64,000 nucleotides of DNA from Vicinamibacterales bacterium (GCA_963784045.1 CAWAPZ010000003.1:174143-238142); one strand, 5' to 3'. Shown: positions 40,138 through 48,783, counted from the first letter of the stretch. Numbers and translations are program-made. Notes: generated from the sequence alone by a model not told the origin.

Positions 40138-40963
40138 GCCGGGCGACTATCGCGACCTTGTGCGTCGCGCGCTGGCAGAGGATCTCGCCGGCGGCGATGT
40201 CACCACGGATGCGATTGTCGGCCAAGGCGATAGGGCGCGCGGCGCCTTTCTCGTCAAGTCGCCCTGCACGCTCGCCGGCCTCGATATCGCGCTCGAAGTG
40301 TTCGTCCAGCTCGATCCGCGTGTCGGCGCCGAATGGCAGTTTCGCGACGGCGATACATGTGACGCTGGCGTGACGATCGGCCATCTTACAGGGAGCGCGC
40401 GCGCCCTGCTCTCCGGCGAGCGCACGGCGCTGAACATCCTGCAGCATCTGTCAGGTATCGCGACGCTCGCTCGACAGTTTGTCGAGGCGAGCGGAGGCAC
40501 CATCACGATCCTCGACACACGCAAAACGACGCCCACGCTGCGATCCCTTGAGAAGTACGCTGTCCGGATGGGCGGCGCCACGAATCATCGCATGTCGCTG
40601 AACGACGGCGTGATGATCAAAGACAATCACATCAGGCTCGGCGGGGGTATTGCCAACGCACTCACGCAGGTGCGTGCGTTCGGTGCGAGGCCGGTGGTCG
40701 AAGTCGAAGTCGAGACGCTGAAACAGGTCGACCAGGCCCTCGACGCCGGCGCGGATATCCTGCTGCTCGATAACATGACCACCGACGACATCCGCGAGGC
40801 CGTGCGACGATGCCGGGGCCGTGCCAAGACCGAGATCTCAGGGGGTGTCACGCTCGCGCGTATTCCAGAGCTGGCCTCGACGGGCGCTGATTTTGTGTCC
40901 GCCGGAGCGCTCACGCATTCTGCTCCCGCGGTCGACATCAGCCTTGACATCCAACCCGCCTGA
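40115..40963 (+). CDS. nadC: Nicotinate-nucleotide pyrophosphorylase (quinolinate phosphoribosyltransferase)
   Basis: ERTALNILQHLSGIAT, DTRKTTPTLR, HR.SL.D..MIKDNH. TTG 40115 is the first in-frame start near the valS stop; the ORF-track start at 39980 lies inside valS. Confidence 0.88.
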   Translation: MAPPRRLEPGDYRDLVRRALAEDLAGGDVTTDAIVGQGDRARGAFLVKSPCTLAGLDIALEVFVQLDPRVGAEWQFRDGDTCDAGVTIGHLTGSARALLSGERTALNILQHLSGIATLARQFVEASGGTITILDTRKTTPTLRSLEKYAVRMGGATNHRMSLNDGVMIKDNHIRLGGGIANALTQVRAFGARPVVEVEVETLKQVDQALDAGADILLLDNMTTDDIREAVRRCRGRAKTEISGGVTLARIPELASTGADFVSAGALTHSAPAVDISLDIQPA

Positions 40964-41009
40964 CGAATCGTTCGACTGGCATGCAGTTCCGGCGGATATC
41001 GCGCGGGAG

Positions 41010-41786
41010 ATGTCACGCGTCGCCCCGCGCACGCGGGGCATGGGCCGGTGCATCCATTGGCTCGAGTCGACCGGGTCGACCAATGACGTGGCCGCACGCC
41101 TCGCCGAATCCGGCGCCGAGCAAGGCACGATCGTCGTCGCGGACATGCAGACCGCCGGTCGCGGTCGACATGGGCGCGTATGGTTTTCGCCGCCGGGAGC
41201 CGGATTGTACGCGTCGATCATCATTCGTCCCGCGCACCCGACCGCGGGCGAAGAGCGGCCGGCCGCGCTGTTGACGCTCGCCGCTGGAGTGGCGATCGCC
41301 GAGGCCGTTCGTGGGCTGACAGGGCTGCCTGCGAAGATCAAATGGCCGAACGACGTCGTTGTCGGCCCGCGGAAGCTCGCCGGAATTTTGGCCGATGCGG
41401 CGATGCAGGGAGGCATCCTCCAGCACATCGTACTTGGCTTCGGTGTCAACCTGCGATCCGCCGCGTATCCGCCCGAGCTCACCGCGCGGACGACTTCGAT
41501 TGAAGCAGAAACGAATCGGCCGGCCGAGCGCGGATTGATGCTTGCCGAAATCCTTGCGGCGCTGGCGGATCGCTGCGCAGATCTCCAGGCCGGAAGGTTC
41601 GATGCTATTCTGAGCGCCTGGCGACAGAATGCGGCGCGCGTCCCTGGCGCGCGAGTCGAATGGGACTCGCCCCATGGCGTCGTGTGCGGCTGTGCGGAAG
41701 ATATCGATCGAGACGGTGCTTTGCTGGTACGCGTCGGGGACAAGTTAGAGCGCGTGGTCGCTGGAGAAGTGCGGTGGATCGACTGA
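41010..41786 (+). CDS. birA: Biotin--[acetyl-CoA-carboxylase] ligase (group I, no DNA-binding domain)
   Basis: STGSTND...QTAGRGRHGRVW...KWPNDV. Alternative TTG start at 40944. Confidence 0.85.
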   Translation: MSRVAPRTRGMGRCIHWLESTGSTNDVAARLAESGAEQGTIVVADMQTAGRGRHGRVWFSPPGAGLYASIIIRPAHPTAGEERPAALLTLAAGVAIAEAVRGLTGLPAKIKWPNDVVVGPRKLAGILADAAMQGGILQHIVLGFGVNLRSAAYPPELTARTTSIEAETNRPAERGLMLAEILAALADRCADLQAGRFDAILSAWRQNAARVPGARVEWDSPHGVVCGCAEDIDRDGALLVRVGDKLERVVAGEVRWID

Positions 41787-41811
41787 GAACTGAGAGCTGA
41801 GAGCAAAACGC
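41784..41811. repeat. 7-bp tandem array: TGAGAAC TGAGAGC TGAGAGC AAAACGC
   Basis: Runs from the birA stop codon to the coaX ATG. Confidence 0.8.
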
Positions 41812-42594
41812 ATGCTATTAGCCATTGACGTCGGCAATACCAACATCGTGCTCGGCGTGTTCGAGGGCGAGCAGCTCGTGGAGAGCTGGCGTCTGGCGAC
41901 TCTGCGCGAGCGCACGTCCGACGAGATCGGCATCTGGGTCGCGCAGCTCTTGCAGCACCGTATGATCGATGTTGACAAGGTGACCGGCATCGTCATGGGA
42001 TCGGTGGTGCCGCCTTTGACGAGCACATTCATGACGATGGCCCAGCGCTATTTCGGCATGCGGCCGTTGAATGTGGACAGCGCGGTCGACACGGGAATGC
42101 CCATCCTGTACAAGAATCCCGCGGAGGTGGGCGCCGATCGTCTTCTCAACGGCGTCGCCGCATTCCGTCTGTACGGACGCGAGCGCCGCGCGCCGACGAT
42201 TGTCGTCGATTTCGGTACTGCCACGACGTTCGACGCCATTTCCGCAAAAGGGGAATATCTCGGCGGCATCATTACTCCGGGCATGCAGATTTCCGCCGAT
42301 GCGCTCTTTCAGCGCGCCGCTCGGCTGCCGCGTGTCGACATCAAGAAGCCGTGCGAGGTGATTGGGCGGACCACGGTCGGCGCAATCGAATCGGGTCTCT
42401 ATTACGGGTACGTCGGGTTGGTGGACGGCCTCGTCCGACGCATGCGCGACGAGCTCGGTCAGAATGCGGTCTGTATCGCGACGGGCGGACTGGCAGGGGT
42501 CATTGCCCCGGAAGTGGAGCTCATCGAGCACGTCGACGCGGATTTGACGCTCCAGGGATTGAGAATGGTGTGGGAGAGAAACAGACCCCGTTGA
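41812..42594 (+). CDS. coaX: Type III pantothenate kinase
   Basis: MLLAIDVGNTNIVLGVF and GADRLLN. The birA-coaX adjacency is typical. Confidence 0.92.
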   Translation: MLLAIDVGNTNIVLGVFEGEQLVESWRLATLRERTSDEIGIWVAQLLQHRMIDVDKVTGIVMGSVVPPLTSTFMTMAQRYFGMRPLNVDSAVDTGMPILYKNPAEVGADRLLNGVAAFRLYGRERRAPTIVVDFGTATTFDAISAKGEYLGGIITPGMQISADALFQRAARLPRVDIKKPCEVIGRTTVGAIESGLYYGYVGLVDGLVRRMRDELGQNAVCIATGGLAGVIAPEVELIEHVDADLTLQGLRMVWERNRPR

Positions 42595-42741
42595 GCGGGG
42601 CCAGCCGCCCCGAGATGGACACAGACGAGTACCTGCCGGGAGATCGAAGCCTACCTCTGCCGCAAGAACGACGGCCACCTGATCAGAATCGTCGGACCTT
42701 CTTTCGAGCGTGTCCGCAGCTGGTCCGCACAAGGCGTTCCA

Positions 42742-43323
42742 TTGAAGATCGCGTGCCAGGGCATCGACGCCTACTTCGTGAGGTACTACGCCAAGGGGGT
42801 TCGGCGCCGGCCGGTACAGATTGATTTCTGCGAGAACGACATCCTTGATGCCTTCGATGCCTGGCGCCGCGCCGTCGGCGTGCGCCTTCCTGGCGCAGAA
42901 GAGATGCCGGCAGAGAACCAAAGCAGGCGGCGCAAGCGAAGTCTGCCCGAACATCTGGATCGTGTGTGCGAGCGCGTTACGGCGCGGCGTGCCGGCATGA
43001 CGCCGCCTCCTCCCGAGTTTGATGGGGTGCTGGACATGATCGCTCGGGAAGCGGCGGCCTTTCGCGATCAGCCGGGACCGTTGCGTGGAGAAACGCGGGA
43101 ACGGATTATGGCGCGCCTCGCCGAGTTGGATCGCCTGATGCTCGACGCCGCGCGCGCGCAGGCGGATCCGGCGGCCGTTCAGGCGATGCGTATTGAAGCC
43201 TCGACGCAGCTGCTGCCGTTCCGCGAACGCATGGCGGCCGAGACGTACGGGCGCGCGATCGAAGCGGCGGTCGACCGTCTGTTGCGCGAGCGCGAACATC
43301 TGCCCGTTGTGGCGTTTGGCTAG
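42742..43323 (+). CDS. Conserved hypothetical protein. The minimal TTG-start model is given here; coding signal extends upstream to about 42637, with a candidate ATG at 42615 in another frame (see findings).
   Basis: High third-position GC continues upstream of 42742 in the same frame (REIEAYLCRKNDGHLIRIVGPSFERV...) without any ATG, GTG or TTG. Confidence 0.55.
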   Translation: MKIACQGIDAYFVRYYAKGVRRRPVQIDFCENDILDAFDAWRRAVGVRLPGAEEMPAENQSRRRKRSLPEHLDRVCERVTARRAGMTPPPPEFDGVLDMIAREAAAFRDQPGPLRGETRERIMARLAELDRLMLDAARAQADPAAVQAMRIEASTQLLPFRERMAAETYGRAIEAAVDRLLREREHLPVVAFG

Positions 43324-43433
43324 CGCATTTTCGATTTCGCTGTAGTTGATGTAGGCCGGGTCCTTCGGACCCGGCAGCGGAGGCGGGTCGGCACGACCCG
43401 CTCTACGTACTACAGCGAAATCGAAAATGCTCT
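43322..43433. repeat. Structured element bounded by inverted repeats (MITE-like or ncRNA-like)
   Basis: A 22-nt perfect inverted repeat (43325-43346 versus 43409-43430) encloses two perfect GC hairpins: GCCGGGTCC-TTC-GGACCCGGC and GCGGGTCG-GCA-CGACCCGC. Confidence 0.85.
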
Positions 43434-43442
43434 AGGTGGTAG

Positions 43443-43486
43443 GGGAGAGATGAGAGCGGAGAGCCGAGACTAAGCGCCGAGAGCTA
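43443..43486. repeat. 7-bp periodic GAGAG-type array
   Basis: GAGAG/GAGAC at 43445, 43452, 43459, 43466 and 43479. Abuts the methyltransferase stop. Confidence 0.65.
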
Positions 43487-44740
43487 CGTCGTAAGCACCG
43501 CCAGCGTCTCGACGTGGGCGGTGTTCGGAAACAGATCGAACGCTTCGAGGTGCTCGAGCCGGTAGCCGGCCTCCGAGAATCGTTTGACGTCCCGGGCGAG
43601 CGTGGCGGGATCGCACGATACGTACACCACCCGCGGGGTTTTCAGGCCGATGATGCCCGACATCGCCTCGGTCGAGATCCCCGTCCTGGGCGGATCGAGC
43701 AGCAGCGTGCCAGGCCGCTGAAGACCGCGCCGCGTCAGGTAACTTTCAACCGAAAGATGCTGAACGTGCGTCGCGGCGCCATAAGGCGCCGCATTGGATT
43801 CGAGATCGCGCGCGCTCGAACGGTCGCCCTCGACCGCCACAACCTGAGTGTTTCCTCGGGCTGCGAGCGAAACGGAGAACAGGCCCACGCCGGCATATAA
43901 CTCCGTCACCGTGCCGGCCGGAACCTGTGCGAGTACTTGCGTCACGAGCTCTGGCAGCAGGTGACGATTGCCCTGAAAGAACGACTGCACGTGGTGGGTC
44001 ACCGCGATCGACGCGTCGTACACGGGAATCAGGTCGCAGACATATGGCGAGCCGTACGAGACCGTCATGTGTCCCTGTTGATGATCGATGAACAGCAGCC
44101 CAGAAATGCCCTCAATCGGATCGATGAGGTCAGGTCTGGCGGCCGACGGCGCTAACTCCAGCAGCACCGCCCGTTCGGTTGCGGCGGCGTTCTCTGAAAG
44201 CTCGCACGACGTGACCGCGACGCTGTGCAGGGCGCGCTCGAGCCGCCGCAGCGCATCCATGGAATCGGGCAACAACTGTTGCGTTAGCGCCGCGTCGCAG
44301 AGATCGTGAGTGCCTTCGCGGAAATATCCGAGCTTTCCCTCTCGCGCGTGAAGACGAGCCCGCATGCGATAGCCCTCTTCCCTGGAGGCACGGACGACGA
44401 CCTCCGCGGCGAGTGTCATTTTGGCGATGCGTGCAAATGCGTCGGCGATCACTTCCGACTTCAGCTGACGCTGGCGCTCGTACGCGATGTGCGCATACAG
44501 AGATCCACCGCACGCCCAATCGACATCGGCCGCTCTTCGATCGGGGCTCGGATCGAGGATGGCGACGACGTTTCCAAACGCGAGTTGTTTCTGAATGCGA
44601 TCGATGCGCACACGTGCGCGCTCTCCGGGGATCGCGCCGGCGACGAAGACAATCTGTCCTTCGTGCCGCGCGAGCATGCGCCCGCCGGCGACCGGCTTCT
44701 CGATCGTTGAAATAATTTCGTCGTGGAGTTTAAGAGGCAT
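43484..44740 (-). CDS. Class I SAM-dependent RNA (uracil-5-)methyltransferase, TrmA/RumA family, with TRAM-like N-terminus
   Basis: 418 aa. SAM motifs ELYAGVGLFS and LLLDPPRTG; catalytic region VVYVSCDPATLARD. Confidence 0.88.
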   Translation of the reverse strand: MPLKLHDEIISTIEKPVAGGRMLARHEGQIVFVAGAIPGERARVRIDRIQKQLAFGNVVAILDPSPDRRAADVDWACGGSLYAHIAYERQRQLKSEVIADAFARIAKMTLAAEVVVRASREEGYRMRARLHAREGKLGYFREGTHDLCDAALTQQLLPDSMDALRRLERALHSVAVTSCELSENAAATERAVLLELAPSAARPDLIDPIEGISGLLFIDHQQGHMTVSYGSPYVCDLIPVYDASIAVTHHVQSFFQGNRHLLPELVTQVLAQVPAGTVTELYAGVGLFSVSLAARGNTQVVAVEGDRSSARDLESNAAPYGAATHVQHLSVESYLTRRGLQRPGTLLLDPPRTGISTEAMSGIIGLKTPRVVYVSCDPATLARDVKRFSEAGYRLEHLEAFDLFPNTAHVETLAVLTT

Positions 44741-44793
44741 CGCCTAACAGGAGACTGACTCCTATTCTCCTAAACTCATCTGTTTCGTATTTC

Positions 44794-45471
44794 TCAGCGG
44801 GTCTCGGCTGCTTTCACGAATTCCTCGAACAGCGAGCGGAACTCGCCCGTCCGCCAGAAGTTCTCGGGGTGCCACTGCACCGCGATACAGAAACGACTCG
44901 CGGGGCGCTCGATCGCTTCGATGACGCCATCGGGCGCGGTCGCGGAGACGGTGAATCCTCCTTCGGTCTTGTCGACGGCCTGGTGATGGCGGCTGTTGAC
45001 CTGGAGTACTTCGCCGTCGACGAGCTCTTCCTGCATGACGCGCGCGAGCACGCTGCCGGGCGTGACCCAAACCTCGTGCGCGATCGCGAACGGCGGGGCA
45101 TCGACCTGATGGCCGAGCGCCTGGTTCACCTGCGCCGGAATGTCCTGCGTGAGTGTTCCGCCGGCGGCGACGTTGACGACCTGTAGTCCGCGGCACACCG
45201 CGAGCAGCGGCGTGTTGCTTGCGAGCGCAAGCTTCGCAAGCGCAAGCTCGAACGCGTCGCGCGCCGCGTCAGGTTCGTTCGTCTTTGGATGTCGCGTGTC
45301 GCCGTAGTGGGCGGGGTCGATGTCGCCGCCGCCGGTAAAGAGCACGCCGTCGAGACCGTCGAGTGTGGGCGCTGCATCCATCGAAAGGACACGCGGGTCG
45401 CCGCCGGCCCGCCGAATGGATTCGACGTAGTCGGTCAACCGGTTGGATGGCGTGATGCCGATGACGGCCAT
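44794..45471 (-). CDS. Class I glutamine amidotransferase / gamma-glutamyl-GABA hydrolase family (peptidase C26)
   Basis: LAVCRGLQVVNVAAGGTL, VNSRHHQAV and VQWHPE. Confidence 0.85.
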   Translation of the reverse strand: MAVIGITPSNRLTDYVESIRRAGGDPRVLSMDAAPTLDGLDGVLFTGGGDIDPAHYGDTRHPKTNEPDAARDAFELALAKLALASNTPLLAVCRGLQVVNVAAGGTLTQDIPAQVNQALGHQVDAPPFAIAHEVWVTPGSVLARVMQEELVDGEVLQVNSRHHQAVDKTEGGFTVSATAPDGVIEAIERPASRFCIAVQWHPENFWRTGEFRSLFEEFVKAAETR

Positions 45472-47537
45472 TACATTCTCGGTGGTACGGCAATGCCCAT
45501 GAGATCAAGCGCGCGCGTCAGCTGCGCACGCACGTACGCCACGCCGGCGGCGCGCCAGAGCCGGGCGGCCGCCTGCTCCTCGTTGAGGATCGGATACCGA
45601 TGATAAAAGCCGTTGAACATCTGTGCCAGCCCGAACGCGTATTTTGCGAGCACCGAGAACTCCAGCGTCCGAACGACTTGCTCGACGATTTCATCGAGGC
45701 GCGAGGCTTCGAGGATGAGCGCCCACAAATCATGGCTGCCTCCCTCGCCAGTCAGCTCGGCAGCGTCGATCTCGCCAAGCGTCGCAAACACCGCGGCTTC
45801 GTCGACCTTGTCGCGGTCGCGCAGCTTGGCCAAAATGTTCTGGGCCCGAACGACAGCATACTGTAGATACGGGCCGCTTTCACCCTCGAACGCGAGGGCT
45901 TCGTCTATATCGAAGGCAATGATCTTCGTGCGCGAATACTTCACCATGAAATAGCGCACCGCGGCGACCGCGATCATGTCGGCGATGCGCCGATGCTCCC
46001 CGGTGGCGAGCTCTGAATTGCGCCTGGCCACTTCGGTTTCGGCGCGCGCGATGAGGGTGTCCAGCAGGTCATCGGCCTTCACGCCCTGTCCCTTGCGACC
46101 CGACACATCGACGAACCCGCGCTTGTCATCGGCCGCATCGGCGGCGAGGTATCCGAGCGCTCGCGCTGCAGCGTTCGAGAGTGCCACCATTTCGTACGAG
46201 AAGTGCGTTGCCCGCTCGGCTTGCTCGGCGTAGCCAAGAGTCCGAAGCGCCTGTTTCAGGAGCTTCTGAAGATACGATTGCCGCACATCGATGACGTTGT
46301 AGGTCGCGTCGGCGCGGCCGAATGGGGGATGCGAAGCATCCCCGGGTGTCTGCGAAGTCGACCACAGGACTTCGCCGTTTGTCCGGGTTCCGAACCGGCA
46401 ATAGTAGAAGTCGCGCCCCAACAGCCCGAGCTTCCAGAACTGATAGGCGATGTCCTTGCCGACGTACGTAACGGTGCCGTTCGATCGGACAATAACCTTT
46501 TCGCGTTCGCTTTCTCCGCTTTCCCTAATCCCTAATCCCTCATCCCCAATCCCTAGTCCAGCATCTCCAATCCCTAATCCCACATCCCCAATCCCTTCAG
46601 AGGCAGGCTCGTCCTCCTCGATCTTCATGACCCAGCAACCAGCCAGTTTGCCTTCAGTCTGGAAATACACCGCGCCTTTCTCTTTCAAGATCTCGAAGGC
46701 CCGCGCCCAGAACTGCAGCCGCAGAATGTGGCCTTCCCACGTCAGAAGGTCGTAATCCACGTTCAGCCGCGCCATCGTCTTCAGGTGGCATCGGACGATG
46801 CGTTCGGCGATGAACGCGGCAATGTCTGAGGTCGCCGTGCCGCCGTGCTCGATATCGTGCAACGTCGCCGTGCGAATCTTGAGGCGCTCTTTGTCTTCGT
46901 CGTACCACTGCGTAACGCGCGCGTAGAGATCCCAGCAGTAATAGTCGAACCGCGTCGAGTCCGCGATGGCGCGGATGTCCTCGATCGTCTTGTCTTCGAG
47001 CTCGCGAAATCCGACGACGACGTCGGCCACCTGGACGCCGGTGTCGTCGATGTAGTTCTGCACCTCGACGGGAACGCCTCGGAAGCGCTGCACGCGTACG
47101 AGCGTGTCGCCCAGCGCGGCATTGCGAATATGGCCGATGTGCGCCGCCTTGTTCGGGTTGATGGCCGTGTGCTCGACGATGGCTTTTTGGGGTCTGACCC
47201 CCGTACCGGTACGGGGGTCAGACCCCGATGGCACGACTTTCTTGACGAAGGCGATGCGATCTAAATAGATGTTCAGGTAGCCGTTCGGCGCGGCCTCGAC
47301 GCGAACGACGCCGTCCAGAGGCCCGAGGGCCGCAGCGAGCTCCTGTGCGATGACGCGCGGCGCTTTGCGCAGGCGGCGCGCAAGCTCGAAGGCCACGGGC
47401 GTTGCGAGATCGCCGAGCTCGCGCTTCGGCGGATATTCGATCGGCAGTTGTGGCAGTGCGTCAGGCGGCACCTGATAAAGGTGCTGAAGCGTCGTCGATA
47501 ACCGCTCTCGCAACTGTTCGTGAATTGGAAGAATCAT
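45471..47537 (-). CDS. argS: Arginine--tRNA ligase, carrying two unusual in-frame inserts
   Basis: 688 aa. HIGH-type motif NPNKAAHIGH; class I core; C-terminal anticodon-binding domain ending in M. Confidence 0.93.
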   Translation of the reverse strand: MILPIHEQLRERLSTTLQHLYQVPPDALPQLPIEYPPKRELGDLATPVAFELARRLRKAPRVIAQELAAALGPLDGVVRVEAAPNGYLNIYLDRIAFVKKVVPSGSDPRTGTGVRPQKAIVEHTAINPNKAAHIGHIRNAALGDTLVRVQRFRGVPVEVQNYIDDTGVQVADVVVGFRELEDKTIEDIRAIADSTRFDYYCWDLYARVTQWYDEDKERLKIRTATLHDIEHGGTATSDIAAFIAERIVRCHLKTMARLNVDYDLLTWEGHILRLQFWARAFEILKEKGAVYFQTEGKLAGCWVMKIEEDEPASEGIGDVGLGIGDAGLGIGDEGLGIRESGESEREKVIVRSNGTVTYVGKDIAYQFWKLGLLGRDFYYCRFGTRTNGEVLWSTSQTPGDASHPPFGRADATYNVIDVRQSYLQKLLKQALRTLGYAEQAERATHFSYEMVALSNAAARALGYLAADAADDKRGFVDVSGRKGQGVKADDLLDTLIARAETEVARRNSELATGEHRRIADMIAVAAVRYFMVKYSRTKIIAFDIDEALAFEGESGPYLQYAVVRAQNILAKLRDRDKVDEAAVFATLGEIDAAELTGEGGSHDLWALILEASRLDEIVEQVVRTLEFSVLAKYAFGLAQMFNGFYHRYPILNEEQAAARLWRAAGVAYVRAQLTRALDLMGIAVPPRM
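46523..46599. repeat. 7-bp tandem array inside argS, 11 units: CCCTAAT CCCTAAT CCCTCAT CCCCAAT CCCTAGT CCAGCAT CTCCAAT CCCTAAT CCCACAT CCCCAAT CCCTTCA (+ strand)
   Basis: Read directly. The G-rich strand is the argS mRNA. Encodes GIGDVGL GIGDAGL GIGDEGL GIRE. Confidence 0.95.
47189..47226. repeat. Perfect 38-nt palindrome (19+19) inside argS
   Basis: GGGGTCTGACCCCCGTACC / GGTACGGGGGTCAGACCCC. The arms are exact reverse complements with no spacer. Confidence 0.95.
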
Positions 47538-48169
47538 GAAGGATAGTGATACTCTCCATCGAGATCGATCGCACGTATGTGGTCATCCGGGGTGTTGAGG
47601 TTGAAGAACAGCACCTCTTCGGGCCCGAACGCGTTGAGCTCGTCCCGTCCTACCTCGTGGACGTTCAAGCCGGGAATCCGGGCGACATCGCTCAGCCTGA
47701 ATCGCCGTTCGTCGATCAGGCGCCGCAGCTCCGTCGCGGAGCGGCGGGAATAAGTCGCGCACAGCGGCTCATAACCGCGCGCCGTGCGGGGAATCGCAAT
47801 GTCGACGGAGCCTCCGACCGATACAAGATGTGCGAGCAGCCGCTCGCTGACAAAGGGCATGTCGCACGCAATCACCAGCGTCCAGTCGGTACCGGCCGCA
47901 TGAACGGCCGTGTAGAGCGCGCCGAGCGCGCCGCCGTCCGGCACCATGTCGGGAATCACTGGAACGCCGGCGCCGCTGAACGGCTCCGCGTCGTTGGCAA
48001 TGATGATTGTCCGATCGACCACGCGGCGGAGCCGCGCCAGTTGACGATCCAGAACGGACGCGCTGCCGGGGTGCAGAATCAGCGTGGCCTTGTTCAGCCC
48101 CCCCAGGCGCCGCGCGCGGCCGCCTGCGAGGATGGCTCCCGTCCACATCGAAATCAGGTCAGGCACCAC
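47534..48169 (-). CDS. mobA: Molybdenum cofactor guanylyltransferase (MobA-like)
   Basis: GAILAGGRARRLGGLNKA N-terminal NTP-transferase motif. 4-nt overlap with argS. Confidence 0.82.
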   Translation of the reverse strand: MVPDLISMWTGAILAGGRARRLGGLNKATLILHPGSASVLDRQLARLRRVVDRTIIIANDAEPFSGAGVPVIPDMVPDGGALGALYTAVHAAGTDWTLVIACDMPFVSERLLAHLVSVGGSVDIAIPRTARGYEPLCATYSRRSATELRRLIDERRFRLSDVARIPGLNVHEVGRDELNAFGPEEVLFFNLNTPDDHIRAIDLDGEYHYPS

Positions 48170-48204
48170 AACAGTGGTGCCATGGGCGGAAGGATATCAG
48201 AAGA

Positions 48205-48783
48205 ATGAATCGAGGGGGAGTCGGGCGGATGCTTGTGGCAAGCCTGCATCAGGGCATCTCTGATCTCATCCCCACGCGGCTGGAATTCTACGAAAACTGG
48301 TTGAATCCGACCGGGATGCGCGACGGCAGAATCGGACTGGCGCCACTTGCCGCCGTTCTGAGTTTTCTCAGGCAGGAAGGTGAGCCCTACACGCTCGTCA
48401 CCTCGCGAGCGGGTCAATACGCGGCGCAGTGGACGTTCGACAATCTGACGCCGCTCGAGCGATCGATCATCCGCGCGCTGCCGGCCATGCTGCGGGCGCG
48501 GCTGGCGATGCAGCTCGCGAGGAAGGTCGTTCGGAGGAGCTACGGCGGCAGCCGGGCGGTAGCGAAGCTGCGGCGCGGACGCGGGACCCTGATGCTGCGT
48601 AACTCGATCTTCTGCGCTGTTCGGGAGCCGTTCGACTGGCCGTTGTGCGTCTTCTACTCAGCAGCCCTGTCGCACCTGTTTGCCCTCGTCGGCGTAGGCG
48701 GGGAGGTGCGGGTTCACGCGTGCCAGGGCGTCGGTGACACGAGCTGCATCATTGCGGTGCATGTGCCGCTGGAGCAGAAATAG
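48205..48783 (+). CDS. V4R-domain-like hypothetical protein
   Basis: C-terminal CVFYSAALSHLFALVG..VRVHACQGVGDTSCIIAVHV resembles the V4R ligand-binding domain. ATG 48205 follows GGAAGG. Confidence 0.5.
   Translation: MNRGGVGRMLVASLHQGISDLIPTRLEFYENWLNPTGMRDGRIGLAPLAAVLSFLRQEGEPYTLVTSRAGQYAAQWTFDNLTPLERSIIRALPAMLRARLAMQLARKVVRRSYGGSRAVAKLRRGRGTLMLRNSIFCAVREPFDWPLCVFYSAALSHLFALVGVGGEVRVHACQGVGDTSCIIAVHVPLEQK

Noticed and set aside
44741-44793. AGGAG-TCAGT-CTCCT hairpin upstream of the RNA methyltransferase start as an SD-sequestering riboregulator
   Set aside because: The AGGAG is 18 nt from the ATG, so it is not the functional SD. A 5-bp stem is weak, and there is no supporting conservation evidence.
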